64,000 nt of DNA from Vicugna vicugna (taxonomy: Eukaryota). Both the position numbers and the translations under genes were made by a program. Every line of letters begins with the position of its first letter. Positions within the stretch are counted from its first letter, which is position 1. The notes under the pieces are model-generated. The model ran no database searches. It saw nothing but the letters and a program-made list of their open reading frames with translations, and was not told the origin of the DNA. The stretch is from assembly GCA_013265495.1 (NCBI GenBank), contig MU058844.1, positions 4,703,535 through 4,767,534 on the forward strand, given 5' to 3'. This document shows positions 63,623 through 64,000 of the stretch, in pieces.

Positions 63623-64000
63623 TGTTAATCAGAATTATTTCAACTGCAGGAGCCAGAAAAATAATTCAAACTAGCTTACATTAACAACAAAAAAGAGGTG
63701 AAATAAATTATTGATCATTACACTGAAAAGTCAATGGGGTCAACTGGTCCACATATGGTATGGCTGATTGAACAAGCCAAAATAATGTTTTAAGGATTTT
63801 CTCTTCATCTCTTGCCTCGGTTTCTCTGCTTGGCCTCATCCTCCCCAATTTATGAGGGTTAGTTAGTGCCATATCCCCAGGGAAGAGAGTTGCATGCAGC
63901 TTGAACTCACTTATCAGTCCAGAAAAGGAAGAGGCATCTTTGCAATAGCTCCAGCAGAACTGTCCAAAGGAGGCTTCTGGCAATACGTTCTACTACTTTT
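63623..64000 (-). mobile_element. MLT1J-like LTR, runs off the window end
   Basis: 'actgcaggagccagaaaaataattcaaactagctta...ttattgatcattacactgaaaagtc'. Confidence 0.6.

Noticed and set aside
1..64000. Prokaryote-style novel system (CRISPR array, operon, defence island)
   Set aside because: The sequence is mammalian repeat-rich non-coding DNA with no regularly spaced repeat array and no long gene-like ORFs.

Overview
64 kb of AT-rich, CpG-poor placental-mammal DNA, either intergenic or deep intronic. I found no recognisable host protein-coding exon, RNA gene, CpG island or CRISPR array. The only ORF-track entries with recognisable homology are L1 ORF2 pieces; reading by eye also gave an ERVL pol remnant. 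The window is dominated by transposable-element fossils. Ancient eutherian ones include MIR, L2, MLT1 (MaLR) LTRs, MER2/MER5/MER33/MER58/MER91 DNA transposons and L1MC/MD/ME. Younger ones include cetartiodactyl-type L1 3' ends and several solo ERV LTRs, some with readable target-site duplications (TSDs). I saw no Alu, B1/B2, Bov-tA/BovB, PRE1 or Can-SINE, and the youngest L1 3' end suggests a camelid (inference). Best leads: a MER41-like solo LTR with an altered GAS/STAT site, an 80-nt hairpin in an ERVL-type LTR next to a possible decayed env start, a ~80-95 bp tandem duplication that doubles HNF4-type DR1 and TCF/LEF motifs, nested L1 and LTR insertions, and templated micro-duplications. I cannot support a new multi-gene system here. 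Family names come from recall of consensus sequences, not a database search, and boundaries without TSDs are approximate.
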